Below are positions 48,098 through 57,841 of a stretch of DNA of 64,000 bases, one piece after another (position 1 is the stretch's first letter; every line of letters starts with the position of its first letter). The notes beneath the pieces are model-generated. The model saw only the letters and a list, made by a program, of their open reading frames with translations. It ran no database searches and was not told where the DNA came from. The translations under genes and the position numbers were made by a program. This DNA is from Euryarchaeota archaeon UBA125 (lineage in GTDB: Archaea > Thermoplasmatota > Poseidoniia > Poseidoniales > Thalassarchaeaceae): the NCBI GenBank assembly GCA_002502625.1, contig DAPV01000035.1, forward strand, positions 6,279 through 70,278, written 5' to 3'.

Positions 48098-49474
48098 TCA
48101 TCTTCGACGTCTTCTTCCTTTTCCTTTACCTTTTTTCGATCTCTTTGAACTTCCACTTGATTCCCAAGAACGTAAGGCTGTTGATGGATCGAATCCATGG
48201 TCTCTAAGATGATTTTGTTGATCTAAAATTCGACGTACTGAATGAGATAGTTCTTTGTATCCTTTCACCTTTAGCCGAACCCCTCCAACTTCTTCCTCTA
48301 AAGCACGGATTGAGTCTCCACCAGATCCAACAATAGCTCCTATCGCACCTTCATCAACATAAATTTCAGCGGCGGACTCGCCAGTGAATATTACATGATG
48401 GACATGAACTCCTGTGAAGGATCTTGCCAATCGTTTCAATTCCTCAGCGGCTAATTGTCGAATTGGACTTGATTTAGTTGGATCATCAGAGCCTGAAACA
48501 GGTACTACTGCAATTTCTGAACCAAATGCAAACATTTCATGAGTTAATTCTCCCGAAGGGAATTTACGAATTTCAATCACTGGTCGTGATAGATCAGATT
48601 CCATTCCTGTAGGAGCTCGAACGACCATCTGTAATTCTAAAACTTGGAACACCTTGCCCTTCTCAATATGGATTACTGTATCAAGTACTTGAGAAATTAG
48701 ACCAAGTTCCACCTTTCCAACTAATCTTTGAATCGCTTCAAGTCCACTATTCGCATGAGTTACACCAAGTAAACCGACTCCTGCCAATCTTACATCAGAA
48801 AATATTCTGAAATCGTTTGCTCTTCTAACTTCATCATAAATTACAAAATCAGGACGAACTAAAAAGATAATTTCGGCAGTTTTCTCTAAATCGCCCTCCA
48901 AAGGAGCATACTGAGTAATCCTCTGAGCAACTTGTAAATCACGAGGTGCTTCCATTGTCTTTACCATGGCTCCAATTTCTAGATCCAAGTGATCAGCAAT
49001 AGCAGTTGCAAATGTACTCTTCCCTGACCCTGGTTTTCCAACAACAAAAACACCTCTGTGATGATCTGAAAGTCTATCGATTAAATCTTGGTTCAGATCA
49101 TAATCTTCCAAACTGAGGCGAGCAACTGGACGGACGACTGTAATTTCCCAAGAATCAGAAAAAGGTGGTGATGCACAAGTCACTCGAAGGTCACCAATTT
49201 GGAGAATTGTACATCCAACTCGCTCAATTTCTACAAAACAATCAGATCTATCTTGATTATCAGTTACAATCTCTTTAAGATCGGAAGCCAATGATTCGAC
49301 TTGTCCTTTACTCCATTGTCCTTCTTCTAACTCCACGAGACGGAGTTCACTGATATGTCCACACTTGACTCTAGGGGGACAGTCTGCTTTGAGAAATACT
49401 GTACTGGTGGTATCATCTGAAAGTAATGATTCGAGTTCATCCGGTAACAAAGGGTGATCACCAAATGATGCCAT
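48098..49474 (-). CDS. PINA/MJ1533-type ATPase with KH domain, lacking the N-terminal PIN domain
   Basis: PPFSD..EITVVRPV..LSLEDY, Walker A GKPGSGKSTFA, VKTME.PRDL, RPD...YDEVR, D.RLAGVG..GV.HA, AIQR..G.VELG and KH GAIVGSGG. Confidence 0.9.
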   Translation of the reverse strand: MASFGDHPLLPDELESLLSDDTTSTVFLKADCPPRVKCGHISELRLVELEEGQWSKGQVESLASDLKEIVTDNQDRSDCFVEIERVGCTILQIGDLRVTCASPPFSDSWEITVVRPVARLSLEDYDLNQDLIDRLSDHHRGVFVVGKPGSGKSTFATAIADHLDLEIGAMVKTMEAPRDLQVAQRITQYAPLEGDLEKTAEIIFLVRPDFVIYDEVRRANDFRIFSDVRLAGVGLLGVTHANSGLEAIQRLVGKVELGLISQVLDTVIHIEKGKVFQVLELQMVVRAPTGMESDLSRPVIEIRKFPSGELTHEMFAFGSEIAVVPVSGSDDPTKSSPIRQLAAEELKRLARSFTGVHVHHVIFTGESAAEIYVDEGAIGAIVGSGGDSIRALEEEVGGVRLKVKGYKELSHSVRRILDQQNHLRDHGFDPSTALRSWESSGSSKRSKKGKGKGRRRRR

Positions 49475-49524
49475 AAGCAAGAGGAGGCATCGAAGGTGTT
49501 TGAATCCGACGTACGTAATATCGG

Positions 49525-49866
49525 TTAAACATCAGTTGGAGTAAGAACATCAAATGTCCATTTCCACAATAATGTTGATGTTATTGCAGTAATTATTGCT
49601 CCAGAAACTGGGAATGAAAAGGTAATAAAAATCTGATACTGGATAATAGTTGCAATACTATATCCAATAAAATTTGTAATTTTTGCAGATGAAATATCGA
49701 AGTTTTCCGTTAACAAAGTAGTTTTTCTCATTGTTTGGATTATGATAGCAATCATTCCTAATATGATTAAATGGCCAAAAAACCATCCAAATGTTGGACC
49801 GAAAGCCAGTTCTAATTGATTACTGAAATCACCAAGTAGAGGTGTCGCGAGGTCAACCGTTGCCAT
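49525..49866 (-). CDS. Hypothetical membrane protein
   Basis: 113-aa ORF with 3 hydrophobic segments. Confidence 0.65.
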   Translation of the reverse strand: MATVDLATPLLGDFSNQLELAFGPTFGWFFGHLIILGMIAIIIQTMRKTTLLTENFDISSAKITNFIGYSIATIIQYQIFITFSFPVSGAIITAITSTLLWKWTFDVLTPTDV

Positions 49867-49953
49867 AACCTAGTCCACTTACTAGCGATTGATGAAGACT
49901 CGCATTGTATGTGGATATAAACCACAAGAAATTATACGCTTACAATTTTTTTA

Positions 49954-50940
49954 ATGTTTATGAGGCGGGGTTTGGTTGTCATCTCAATTTTAGTTGGGTT
50001 GCTATTGATTTCTTTTCCTGTTCAGGCACAAGATCTTGTTGAAGAAGAGGGGAATGTGATTATCGATATTGTCTTACCAATAGCACTAGCATTCATCATG
50101 TTTTCACTGGGATTGGGGCTAACTAGGGCTGACTTTTTCTTAGTTTTCAATGAACCTAAAGCATTTGCAATTGGCGTCTTCAATCAAATGATTGTACTTC
50201 CAATAATTGGATTTAGTGTTGTGATTTTATCTGGACTGGAGGGTGAATTAGCAGTTGGATTAATGATTTTAGCATGTTGTCCGGGGGGAGTTACCTCAAA
50301 TATTCTAACAAAATTAGCAAAAGGAGATACTGCTCTTTCCATATCATACACTGCAGTGATTTCTGTAATTGCAGTATTCACTTTACCCCTAATTGTTGGG
50401 CTCTCAATGAGTTATTTCATGGGCGAGGTAGCACCTAATATCGATATTCTTGGACTTGGAATAACTATGTTTCTTCTAACAACATTACCTGTAATGATTG
50501 GTATGACAATTAGACATCAAGCATCAGATATGGCAAAATCAATTGAAAAGAGTGTGAATATAATTGCAACAATTCTGTTTGTAATTATTGTAATAGCTGC
50601 AATTGCTAGTGAATGGGATACATTAATCGAAAATATTGGGACGTTGGGGCCTTCAGTAATCATGTTGAATGTACTTATGCTTGGAATAGGATATCAGAGT
50701 GCTAAATTTTTCAATATTGAAACTGCAAAGGCAACAACTGTTTCGATCGAAAGTGGAATTCAAAATGCGACTGTAGGAATTACGATTGGGGGGCTAATAT
50801 TGGCCTCACCTGATGGTGGTCTTTCTACTCTCAGTTTGCCTTCAGGAGTATATGGAGTCTTGATGTATCTCATTATTTCTCCCTTCATATATTGGAGAAT
50901 ATCGAAAACAAACATTCGGGAAAATGAACTTGAAGAATAA
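49954..50940 (+). CDS. Bile acid:sodium symporter (SBF/BASS) family transporter
   Basis: IMF.LGL.L...DF, Q...LP, CPGG..SN......KGD.ALS and SIE.G.QN motifs. Confidence 0.92.
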   Translation: MFMRRGLVVISILVGLLLISFPVQAQDLVEEEGNVIIDIVLPIALAFIMFSLGLGLTRADFFLVFNEPKAFAIGVFNQMIVLPIIGFSVVILSGLEGELAVGLMILACCPGGVTSNILTKLAKGDTALSISYTAVISVIAVFTLPLIVGLSMSYFMGEVAPNIDILGLGITMFLLTTLPVMIGMTIRHQASDMAKSIEKSVNIIATILFVIIVIAAIASEWDTLIENIGTLGPSVIMLNVLMLGIGYQSAKFFNIETAKATTVSIESGIQNATVGITIGGLILASPDGGLSTLSLPSGVYGVLMYLIISPFIYWRISKTNIRENELEE

Positions 50941-50941
50941 T

Positions 50942-51880
50942 CTATTCTTCAGACTTGATAGATTCTATCGGTTTCTGATCTAATTCTACAATTAAATTTC
51001 CAATTAATAATGCAATTGCTCCTATTGGTAACCAAAATGTAATGTTGCCTTCGAGGCCCAGAAATAGTGATGCTGACATTGCCCATACTGGTTCTAATGC
51101 ATACAATATAGCCGCTCTTACTGGAGAAACTTGTTTTTGAAAAATATTCAAGACCAATAATGCTACTAAACTACCAAGAATTGCACAAAGCATCAAGGGA
51201 AAAACGAAATCGAAATTCTTCATTAAAATTGTAAAATCATTGAGGTTTTGTCTTGATGATAATAAGAATACGATAATTGATAATACTGCTACCGTAATCA
51301 ACATCGTTGCAGTAACTTGAATTGGATCAACAATTTTTGTTACCTTGTCTGTAGCAATAATATGTGCTCCAAATAACAATGCACAACCAACTGTCAACCA
51401 TTCACCTAAACCAAAGTTCAATTGAGGTGGTCCACTAATCCATCCGGCACCAAATGTAGCCAGAATGACGCCTATAATAGCGAAACGAGTTAATTTTTGC
51501 ATTCCTGTAAACACACCAATTAATGCAGTAAATACTACGTACAAACTGGTCAAAAACGCTGAAACCGCTGGAGTTACTTCTGTCAATCCAAGCATTTGGA
51601 GAATAAATCCACCCCATACAATCACTCCAAGAATTAAACCTCCTTTCCAGACTTCGATGTTTCCTAAACCAGACCAGGTTTTGGGAACAAGTAACAAAAG
51701 AAAAAATCCGGCGATTACGAAGCGCATCATAACAAAAAATATAGCAACATGATTTTCAGATAATGTTGGAATGAGGTTTGATGCTGCATCTAAAGATTGT
51801 TGCATCCAAATGAATGTACCACCCCATAGAAGTGTGACTCCAAATAAAGAAAAAAGTGCAATCGAACGATTGTTTTCCAT
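50942..51880 (-). CDS. DMT/EamA family transporter
   Basis: LWG.TF, RF.IA, LQ..GL......SAFLTSLYVVFT and Q..VSP.RAA..Y.LEPVWA motifs; about 10 TM. Confidence 0.9.
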   Translation of the reverse strand: MENNRSIALFSLFGVTLLWGGTFIWMQQSLDAASNLIPTLSENHVAIFFVMMRFVIAGFFLLLLVPKTWSGLGNIEVWKGGLILGVIVWGGFILQMLGLTEVTPAVSAFLTSLYVVFTALIGVFTGMQKLTRFAIIGVILATFGAGWISGPPQLNFGLGEWLTVGCALLFGAHIIATDKVTKIVDPIQVTATMLITVAVLSIIVFLLSSRQNLNDFTILMKNFDFVFPLMLCAILGSLVALLVLNIFQKQVSPVRAAILYALEPVWAMSASLFLGLEGNITFWLPIGAIALLIGNLIVELDQKPIESIKSEE

Positions 51881-51884
51881 ATAT

Positions 51885-52493
51885 TCACTCAGCCACAATT
51901 CTTAGGTCTTGTAAGAATAATTCAATCATTAGGTCAGGGTTGTCCCATAAAACACGTACATTTCCATTATTATCGATAATATATGTGGGTTGAGTATGGT
52001 TGAAACCATATCCTTCTTCTGATTGATCTTCAAAACTAATCGGAGCTACCCCGAATTCATTCAGCACAGGCACTACTGCTTCTGGAGAACCTGTCAAATG
52101 TGTCCAAGAAAAATTATTGTTTTCTGTCCATTCTTGCAACACTATTGGGGAATCATGCCAGGGATCAATAGTTACTGAAACAAATGTAATATTTTCTTTT
52201 TCTTCGGATGATAATTCAGAATAAATAGCAGAAAGTGAATGAGAAATTACTGGACAAGTTGAGTAACATCTGGAATATGTAAAGGCCAATACTACTGTTT
52301 TTCCTCTTTCTTCCTCCAATGACCACAAACTACCATTCATTGATTCTAAAGTAAATAATGGAGCTGGATTTGCGCCTGTCCATTCATATCCGTTATACGG
52401 ATTAGTAGACTCAGAGTCGGTTTCCGAACCAATACATCCAGCAAGCAATAATATGCAAGTAAGAAAAATGACTTTCAAATCTACTTGTTGCAT
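51885..52493 (-). CDS. SCO1/SenC family copper chaperone (lipoprotein)
   Basis: Lipobox LAGC; F.YSRCYSTCP (CxxxC), V.IDP..D.P, W.HLTG and H....Y.ID..G motifs. Confidence 0.92.
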   Translation of the reverse strand: MQQVDLKVIFLTCILLLAGCIGSETDSESTNPYNGYEWTGANPAPLFTLESMNGSLWSLEEERGKTVVLAFTYSRCYSTCPVISHSLSAIYSELSSEEKENITFVSVTIDPWHDSPIVLQEWTENNNFSWTHLTGSPEAVVPVLNEFGVAPISFEDQSEEGYGFNHTQPTYIIDNNGNVRVLWDNPDLMIELFLQDLRIVAE

Positions 52494-53056
52494 CTTGTCA
52501 GCCCACTTCCTTCATTGTATTTGTACTGGTCACCTGTTTTTTTACAAAATAAATTTGAATCAAGGGGTTCCCCATATTCGCCAACCCAACCAACTCTACG
52601 AGCAGGATTGCCCATCATCAAGGCATATGGTTCAACAGAAGAAGTAACAACGGATCCTGCTCCAATTAACGCATACTTTCCTATCTCTATACCACAAAGA
52701 ATTGTTGCATTTGCCCCTATAGATACACCCTTACGGACAAACGTTTCTTTGAATTCATCTCTTCTATCAATCTCGGCACGAGGATATAGTATATTGGTAA
52801 AAACAGATGATGGGCCACAAAATACATTCTCTTCCAAAATGACACCTGAAAATATTGAAACATTGTTCTGAATTTTACAACCTGAATCGATTTTTACTCC
52901 ACTTCCAATCATGATATTTTGTCCAAGTGTACAATTTTTACCAATAGAAACATTATCCATAATATGTGAAAAATGCCAGATCTTAGTACCATCTCCAATG
53001 ATTGAACCATCATCAATTATCGATGATGGATGAATCCATGGTTCAGGCCCACCCAT
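52481..53056 (-). CDS. Hexapeptide-repeat N-acetyltransferase (WbpD/WlbB-like)
   Basis: IGDGTKIWHFSHI, LGQN, KIQNNVS, FCGPS.VFTN...PR, GANATI.CG and GNPAR..GW motifs. Confidence 0.9.
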   Translation of the reverse strand: MGGPEPWIHPSSIIDDGSIIGDGTKIWHFSHIMDNVSIGKNCTLGQNIMIGSGVKIDSGCKIQNNVSIFSGVILEENVFCGPSSVFTNILYPRAEIDRRDEFKETFVRKGVSIGANATILCGIEIGKYALIGAGSVVTSSVEPYALMMGNPARRVGWVGEYGEPLDSNLFCKKTGDQYKYNEGSGLTRCNK

Positions 53057-53144
53057 ACCTCTCGCACAAGATATTGTTGTTTGAGCCGTTGGGTCAACTG
53101 GGAGTGTCTAAATCCAAGGACTTCTTCGTCTATTCTGAATTCAT

Positions 53145-53585
53145 ATGGAAATACAATATGTGTGGGAATCTTCAGTCAATGATGCTCATTTAGATCTTAG
53201 ATGGAAAGTTCTTCGTATAGGAAAGCCGAGACATACAGCACATTATGATGGAATTGATACTGATCAAAGAACTCGTTTTCTTGTAGCATATCACGAAAAT
53301 AAAATGGTAGGTTGTTCGACTTTACAAACTGATCCGCGCGATGGAGCCATGTTTAGAATCAGAGGTATGGCAGTTGATTTTGATTTTCAAAACAATGGAA
53401 TTGGAAGTAAAATTGTTGAAATGTTGCAAAAATATGCTAGAGAAAATAATTCAGGAATTTGGTGTAATGCGAGAATTCGTGCAGTTCCAATGTATGAAAG
53501 AATGGGGTTTGCCATCATTTCAGATATTTTTGAAATCGAAGGTATTGGCCCACATCATGACATGCAATGGAATTTTAATGATTAA
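53145..53585 (+). CDS. GNAT family acetyltransferase
   Basis: LR..VLR, RIRGMAV...Q..G.GS, WCNAR..A...Y...GF and IGPH..M motifs. Confidence 0.9.
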   Translation: MEIQYVWESSVNDAHLDLRWKVLRIGKPRHTAHYDGIDTDQRTRFLVAYHENKMVGCSTLQTDPRDGAMFRIRGMAVDFDFQNNGIGSKIVEMLQKYARENNSGIWCNARIRAVPMYERMGFAIISDIFEIEGIGPHHDMQWNFND

Positions 53586-53953
53586 GCAAGACATGTAACC
53601 GCTATACACATTACTAACATCAGAGATGCTGGAGTTGCTCTGCTCAATGGATCTCCTCGGGTTTTAAGATGGCAAATAATTGCTCCAGCCATCAAAATAC
53701 CCATTCCTAACGCAGCGTATTGAACAACAGAAGAATACCAAATTCCAGCAATCAATAACATTGCTAGGCCTAATTTTGTTCCTCCGATTAAATAAACAGA
53801 CCAGTTTGGCAATCCATACACTTCAAATTCTTCAAAAATATTTGTTGCATTGCCCGCACGGTAATTTGTTTCTAGCTTTGGCCTCACTAGCCAAACAGCA
53901 ATAATCACAATAGCAATAGTCAACTGAAGAAGGGGTACCAATGTCTCAATCAT
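53582..53953 (-). CDS. DoxX-like membrane protein
   Basis: EEF..YGLP.W, G..K...A.LLI.G and LM.GA...H motifs. Confidence 0.8.
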   Translation of the reverse strand: MIETLVPLLQLTIAIVIIAVWLVRPKLETNYRAGNATNIFEEFEVYGLPNWSVYLIGGTKLGLAMLLIAGIWYSSVVQYAALGMGILMAGAIICHLKTRGDPLSRATPASLMLVMCIAVTCLA

Positions 53954-54009
53954 AACTAAAGTTTTGACAAATGACGTATATACTCTTGTTTTGAAACTAA
54001 ATTGATAAT

Positions 54010-54651
54010 TTAGGATGATTCGGTCTCGATTATATCTAATGCAGAGTTCACAGATTTTCCTTCAATAATTGAATTAATTCCCAATAAATGTCTATCAAAA
54101 GTAGCCAGATTTGTCTGAATTATATTTCTAATTAATGATTGAGGTGGGTCTATTCCATCTAAATCTAATGCTGTTTTATAATTTAATTCGCCATCCGAAA
54201 TATCCATTTCAAAATTTCCAACTACTAATCTATAATTTACGATAGTAATGAAACGCATGATTTTCTCAATCATGGATTCTGGAATCCCATTTTCTAAAGA
54301 TGAATAAAAAATCAATTGGTTTTCATTTTCTCGGGTTTGTACCATACAATGCCACTTACCATTTTTCCCTTCGAATCCAAATGCAATAGTGCTATGGCTT
54401 TCTAATAATTCATATGTCCATCCATCGCTTTCAAGATATTCTTTGGCTAATTTCAATAAAGGATATTCTTTCAAAGGATCTATTTTCCTATCTATTTGTT
54501 CCGGAATATTTCGAGTAAGGTATTCTTTGAATTTAGGATTTAATTCAGGACTAGATGAAAAAGAATGGGAACGAAGTGTGTCAGAAATCCCTTCCATAAA
54601 TTCTTGGTCGCTCATAGAAGAGTAATCTTGCTCAAAGCGACCGCTCATCAA
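54010..54651 (-). CDS. YbjN domain protein (T3SS-chaperone-like fold)
   Basis: F.G.NG.W.C, FYS, FIT..NY.L..GNFEMD..DGE..YKT motifs. Confidence 0.8.
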   Translation of the reverse strand: MMSGRFEQDYSSMSDQEFMEGISDTLRSHSFSSSPELNPKFKEYLTRNIPEQIDRKIDPLKEYPLLKLAKEYLESDGWTYELLESHSTIAFGFEGKNGKWHCMVQTRENENQLIFYSSLENGIPESMIEKIMRFITIVNYRLVVGNFEMDISDGELNYKTALDLDGIDPPQSLIRNIIQTNLATFDRHLLGINSIIEGKSVNSALDIIETESS

Positions 54652-54748
54652 TGCACCCCAATATAATATGGTATAGAGTGCTTAATTAAACACTTGTTAT
54701 ATCAGTTATAATAAAAAATAACTTTTTTAGTAAAAGACAATCGTTCCA

Positions 54749-55675
54749 TCAAATTTCAAGTTCGATATTTAGATTCTGAATTAATTCCTTGTATCTATTT
54801 CGAATTGTGACTTCAGTAACTCCTGCAACCTCTGCAACCTCACGTTGCGTACGTCGTTTACCACACAGGACTGAAGCAATATAGATAATCGATGCTGCAA
54901 TACCAGTTGGACCTCTTCCTGATGTCAATTCTTTCTCTTGTGCTCTTTGAATCAACTCATATGCCTTTGATTGGACTTCTGCATCTAGATCTAAACCACT
55001 ACAGAAACGAGGGATGTACATCTCTGGTGTAGTTGGTGGTATTTTCATCTTCAATTCTCGGACCATGAATCGATATGTGCGTCCGATTTCTTTTCTACCA
55101 GTTCTACTAGCTGTACTAATTTCATCTAATGTTCTAGGATTTCCACACTGCCTACAAGCAGCATACAAACTGGCTGCTGCTACACCTTCAATGGATCTGC
55201 CACGAATTAATCGGGCCTCTACTGCACGTTTGTAATTAACAGCAGCAGCTTCGCGAATTGACTTTGGAAGATTCAATCGGCTAGCCATTCTATCTAATTC
55301 AGCTAACGCCATAGCTAGGTTTCGCTCAGTTGCATTACTAACTCTACTTCTCTTTTGCCACTTTCTCATTCTGTAAAATTGGCTACGATAACGACTGCTG
55401 ATTGTTTTTCCAGAATAATCTTTGTTTTGCCAATCAATATCGGTGGAAAGTCCCTTATCGTGAAGCATAACTGTCATTGGTGCACCGGTTCTAGCCCTTT
55501 GATCTCCTTGTTCTGGACTAAAAACACGCCATTCTGCACCTTGATCGATTACGTTATCTTCCACAACTAGACCACAAACAGCACAGACAATTTCACCCCT
55601 TGTCTCGTCACGATCTAGGTCGCGGCTTCCACATTCTGGGCATTTTACGATGTCTTCTACTTGAGGGTCTGACAT
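54749..55675 (-). CDS. tfb: Transcription initiation factor IIB (canonical TFB)
   Basis: CPECGS...RGE.VC..CGLV, EWR.F, R.GAP, HDKGLST, ERNL..A, RGRSIE, PRTLDE, SGRGP.G and [23 protein letters not shown] motifs. Confidence 0.98.
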   Translation of the reverse strand: MSDPQVEDIVKCPECGSRDLDRDETRGEIVCAVCGLVVEDNVIDQGAEWRVFSPEQGDQRARTGAPMTVMLHDKGLSTDIDWQNKDYSGKTISSRYRSQFYRMRKWQKRSRVSNATERNLAMALAELDRMASRLNLPKSIREAAAVNYKRAVEARLIRGRSIEGVAAASLYAACRQCGNPRTLDEISTASRTGRKEIGRTYRFMVRELKMKIPPTTPEMYIPRFCSGLDLDAEVQSKAYELIQRAQEKELTSGRGPTGIAASIIYIASVLCGKRRTQREVAEVAGVTEVTIRNRYKELIQNLNIELEI

Positions 55676-55717
55676 ATTGATTATCTCCAAAGATATTATA
55701 CACTCGAATAATTCTCT

Positions 55718-55733
55718 CTTATAAATCTTTTTC
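55718..55733 (-). promoter_or_regulatory. Putative BRE-TATA promoter of tfb
   Basis: Minus strand GAAAAAGA-TTTATAAG, about 43 nt upstream of ATG 55675. Confidence 0.55.
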
Positions 55734-55813
55734 AAAATAATGACCGATTTTTAAGCAACAGATTATTCATTTCTTTGAATTGAATCACGGCCAAGGTCAA
55801 ATAGAGTCAGTCC

Positions 55814-57832
55814 ATGCTCAGTACGGTGTCGAACATGAGTGGGTCCTGGCCTCCATCATTTGTGCAATTATCTGATGATGCTCGAGTTTTATTTTTGACT
55901 AAAGATCTGGACTTGATCAAAAAACAATTGTATGAAGGTCTTGAATTACAAATGGAGGATTTATCGGTCGATGATTTATTGGACGATATCAATACTGATG
56001 TTATGACTCCTGCATGGGTTTGTTTTGATCATGACCCTGCAATTATTGCTGAAAATGCATATGCTGGTTTAATGCACGATGGTGAAAGAGTCTTTAGAGA
56101 AAATGCATTGAAGATGGGTGGTTTTGAAATAATAGTTTCAGGACATAGAAAGGGCACGGGATCTAGCAGAGAAACTGCACCTCAATGTGAACGATGGTCG
56201 GGTATTAGAATCGTGATTGCTGCATCTTTCGCACCCATCCATGAAAGAAATAATATCAATCTTGGACAGTTAATGGGAGATCATGAGATGTTAATACGTC
56301 TACAGAGAGGAGAACAAATATCCCTTCAAGAATTTACAAACAAATACGATCCTGTAACTAGATTGATTTTAGAAAGTGGGGGGATTTTTCCTTTCGCTAA
56401 AAAATTAGGGGAAGGCGAAGTGGTTCTTCCCCCTATATCTGAAATCGAAAAACCAATGACAATGGCTGAAAAAATAATTGCAAGAAAATTAATTGGAACA
56501 AATAACAAAAAATGTTTTGTCTCTCCTGGAGATGCTGTTTTAGCAACAGTAGATGGGGGATATAGTCATGAATTTACAACTGCACAGGTTCATAATTTCT
56601 TAAGTTCAGAATATGGAGAAGATTACACTATTCCCAATCCTCCAAAATTTGCTGTTTTCGAAGATCATTTACTCTATGCAACCGGAGTACCGCGTTTTGG
56701 GCCATTTGTAGAAAAAATACAAACTCTCCGTGACCTTCAAATGACTTTCCAACAACATACCGGTGTCAGAGATTATTCAGCAGTAAATGGAATAAGTCCT
56801 GGAATTTGTCATCAAGTTGCAAGAGAAGAATTCATTGACGTGGGTGATTTTATCCAAGCTACAGATAGTCATACTTGCATGGGGGGGGCTTCGAATGCCC
56901 TCACATATGGAGTTGGGGCAACTGAATACGCTAATTTAGTTCACAATCAATTTGCATTCGTAAAGGTCCCTGAAAGTATTAGATTCGAACTTGTTGGGAA
57001 ATTAAATCCTGGTTGTACTGCAAAGGATGTAATTTTGCACATACTTTGGTACTATGCTAAGCACTCTGATACATTAGATCGATCAATGGAATTTGGTGGA
57101 TCGGGGCTTGCATCTCTTTCGATGGATGAAAGAGCTACACTCTGTAATATGGCAACAGAATGTAGTGCTAAAACCGGAATTTGTGAACCTGATCGATTAA
57201 CAATTGACTGGTTAATGAGAAGAAGAAATAATCTTACAGATGAAGATATTAGAACTGCATTTGTATTGCCTGATGAAAATGCTCACTATGATGGGGGAAT
57301 ACATACAATTGATTTGAATGAAATTCGTCCAATGGTGGCTCATCCTGGAAACCCAGACGAAGGTGTTCCATCAGACCCAACAAATGGAGCATATATCGAC
57401 GAAATTGGAGATGTGAAAATCGATATTGCATATGCCGGTTCATGTACAGCAGGAAAAGATGATGATTTTGCTTACTATGCAATGGTTACCAAGGCTGCCT
57501 TAGATGCTGGTTTACAAGTAGCGGACGGAGTTGATTGTTACATTCAATTTGGATCAAAGGCAGTCAAGGATTTGTCTCAAAAAAATGGTTGGACTGATTT
57601 ATTTGAGGCGGCTGGAGTCAAATTAATTGATCCAGGATGTGGGGCATGTATTGGCGCTGGACCGGGTGTCTCTGATAATCCAGACCAAGTTTCAGTTTCT
57701 GCAATTAATAGAAACTTTCAGGGTCGTTCAGGTCCTGGAAAATTGTACCTAGCAAGTCCATTAACTGTGATGGCTAGTGCTTTTACCGGAAAAATTACTG
57801 CTTGGCATCCTAATCTGTTTAGGGGAGCATGA
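55814..57832 (+). CDS. Aconitase-family hydratase/isomerase with N-terminal swivel (LeuD-like) domain fused to LeuC-like catalytic domains
   Basis: DDINTD..TP and G.GSSRE.A (small subunit), then MTMAEKII, EDH, GICHQ, DSHTC..G, R.TLCNM..E..AK, GSCT, PGCGACIG, NRNF.GR and LASP. Confidence 0.92.
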   Translation: MLSTVSNMSGSWPPSFVQLSDDARVLFLTKDLDLIKKQLYEGLELQMEDLSVDDLLDDINTDVMTPAWVCFDHDPAIIAENAYAGLMHDGERVFRENALKMGGFEIIVSGHRKGTGSSRETAPQCERWSGIRIVIAASFAPIHERNNINLGQLMGDHEMLIRLQRGEQISLQEFTNKYDPVTRLILESGGIFPFAKKLGEGEVVLPPISEIEKPMTMAEKIIARKLIGTNNKKCFVSPGDAVLATVDGGYSHEFTTAQVHNFLSSEYGEDYTIPNPPKFAVFEDHLLYATGVPRFGPFVEKIQTLRDLQMTFQQHTGVRDYSAVNGISPGICHQVAREEFIDVGDFIQATDSHTCMGGASNALTYGVGATEYANLVHNQFAFVKVPESIRFELVGKLNPGCTAKDVILHILWYYAKHSDTLDRSMEFGGSGLASLSMDERATLCNMATECSAKTGICEPDRLTIDWLMRRRNNLTDEDIRTAFVLPDENAHYDGGIHTIDLNEIRPMVAHPGNPDEGVPSDPTNGAYIDEIGDVKIDIAYAGSCTAGKDDDFAYYAMVTKAALDAGLQVADGVDCYIQFGSKAVKDLSQKNGWTDLFEAAGVKLIDPGCGACIGAGPGVSDNPDQVSVSAINRNFQGRSGPGKLYLASPLTVMASAFTGKITAWHPNLFRGA

Positions 57833-57841
57833 GGTGAAAAT

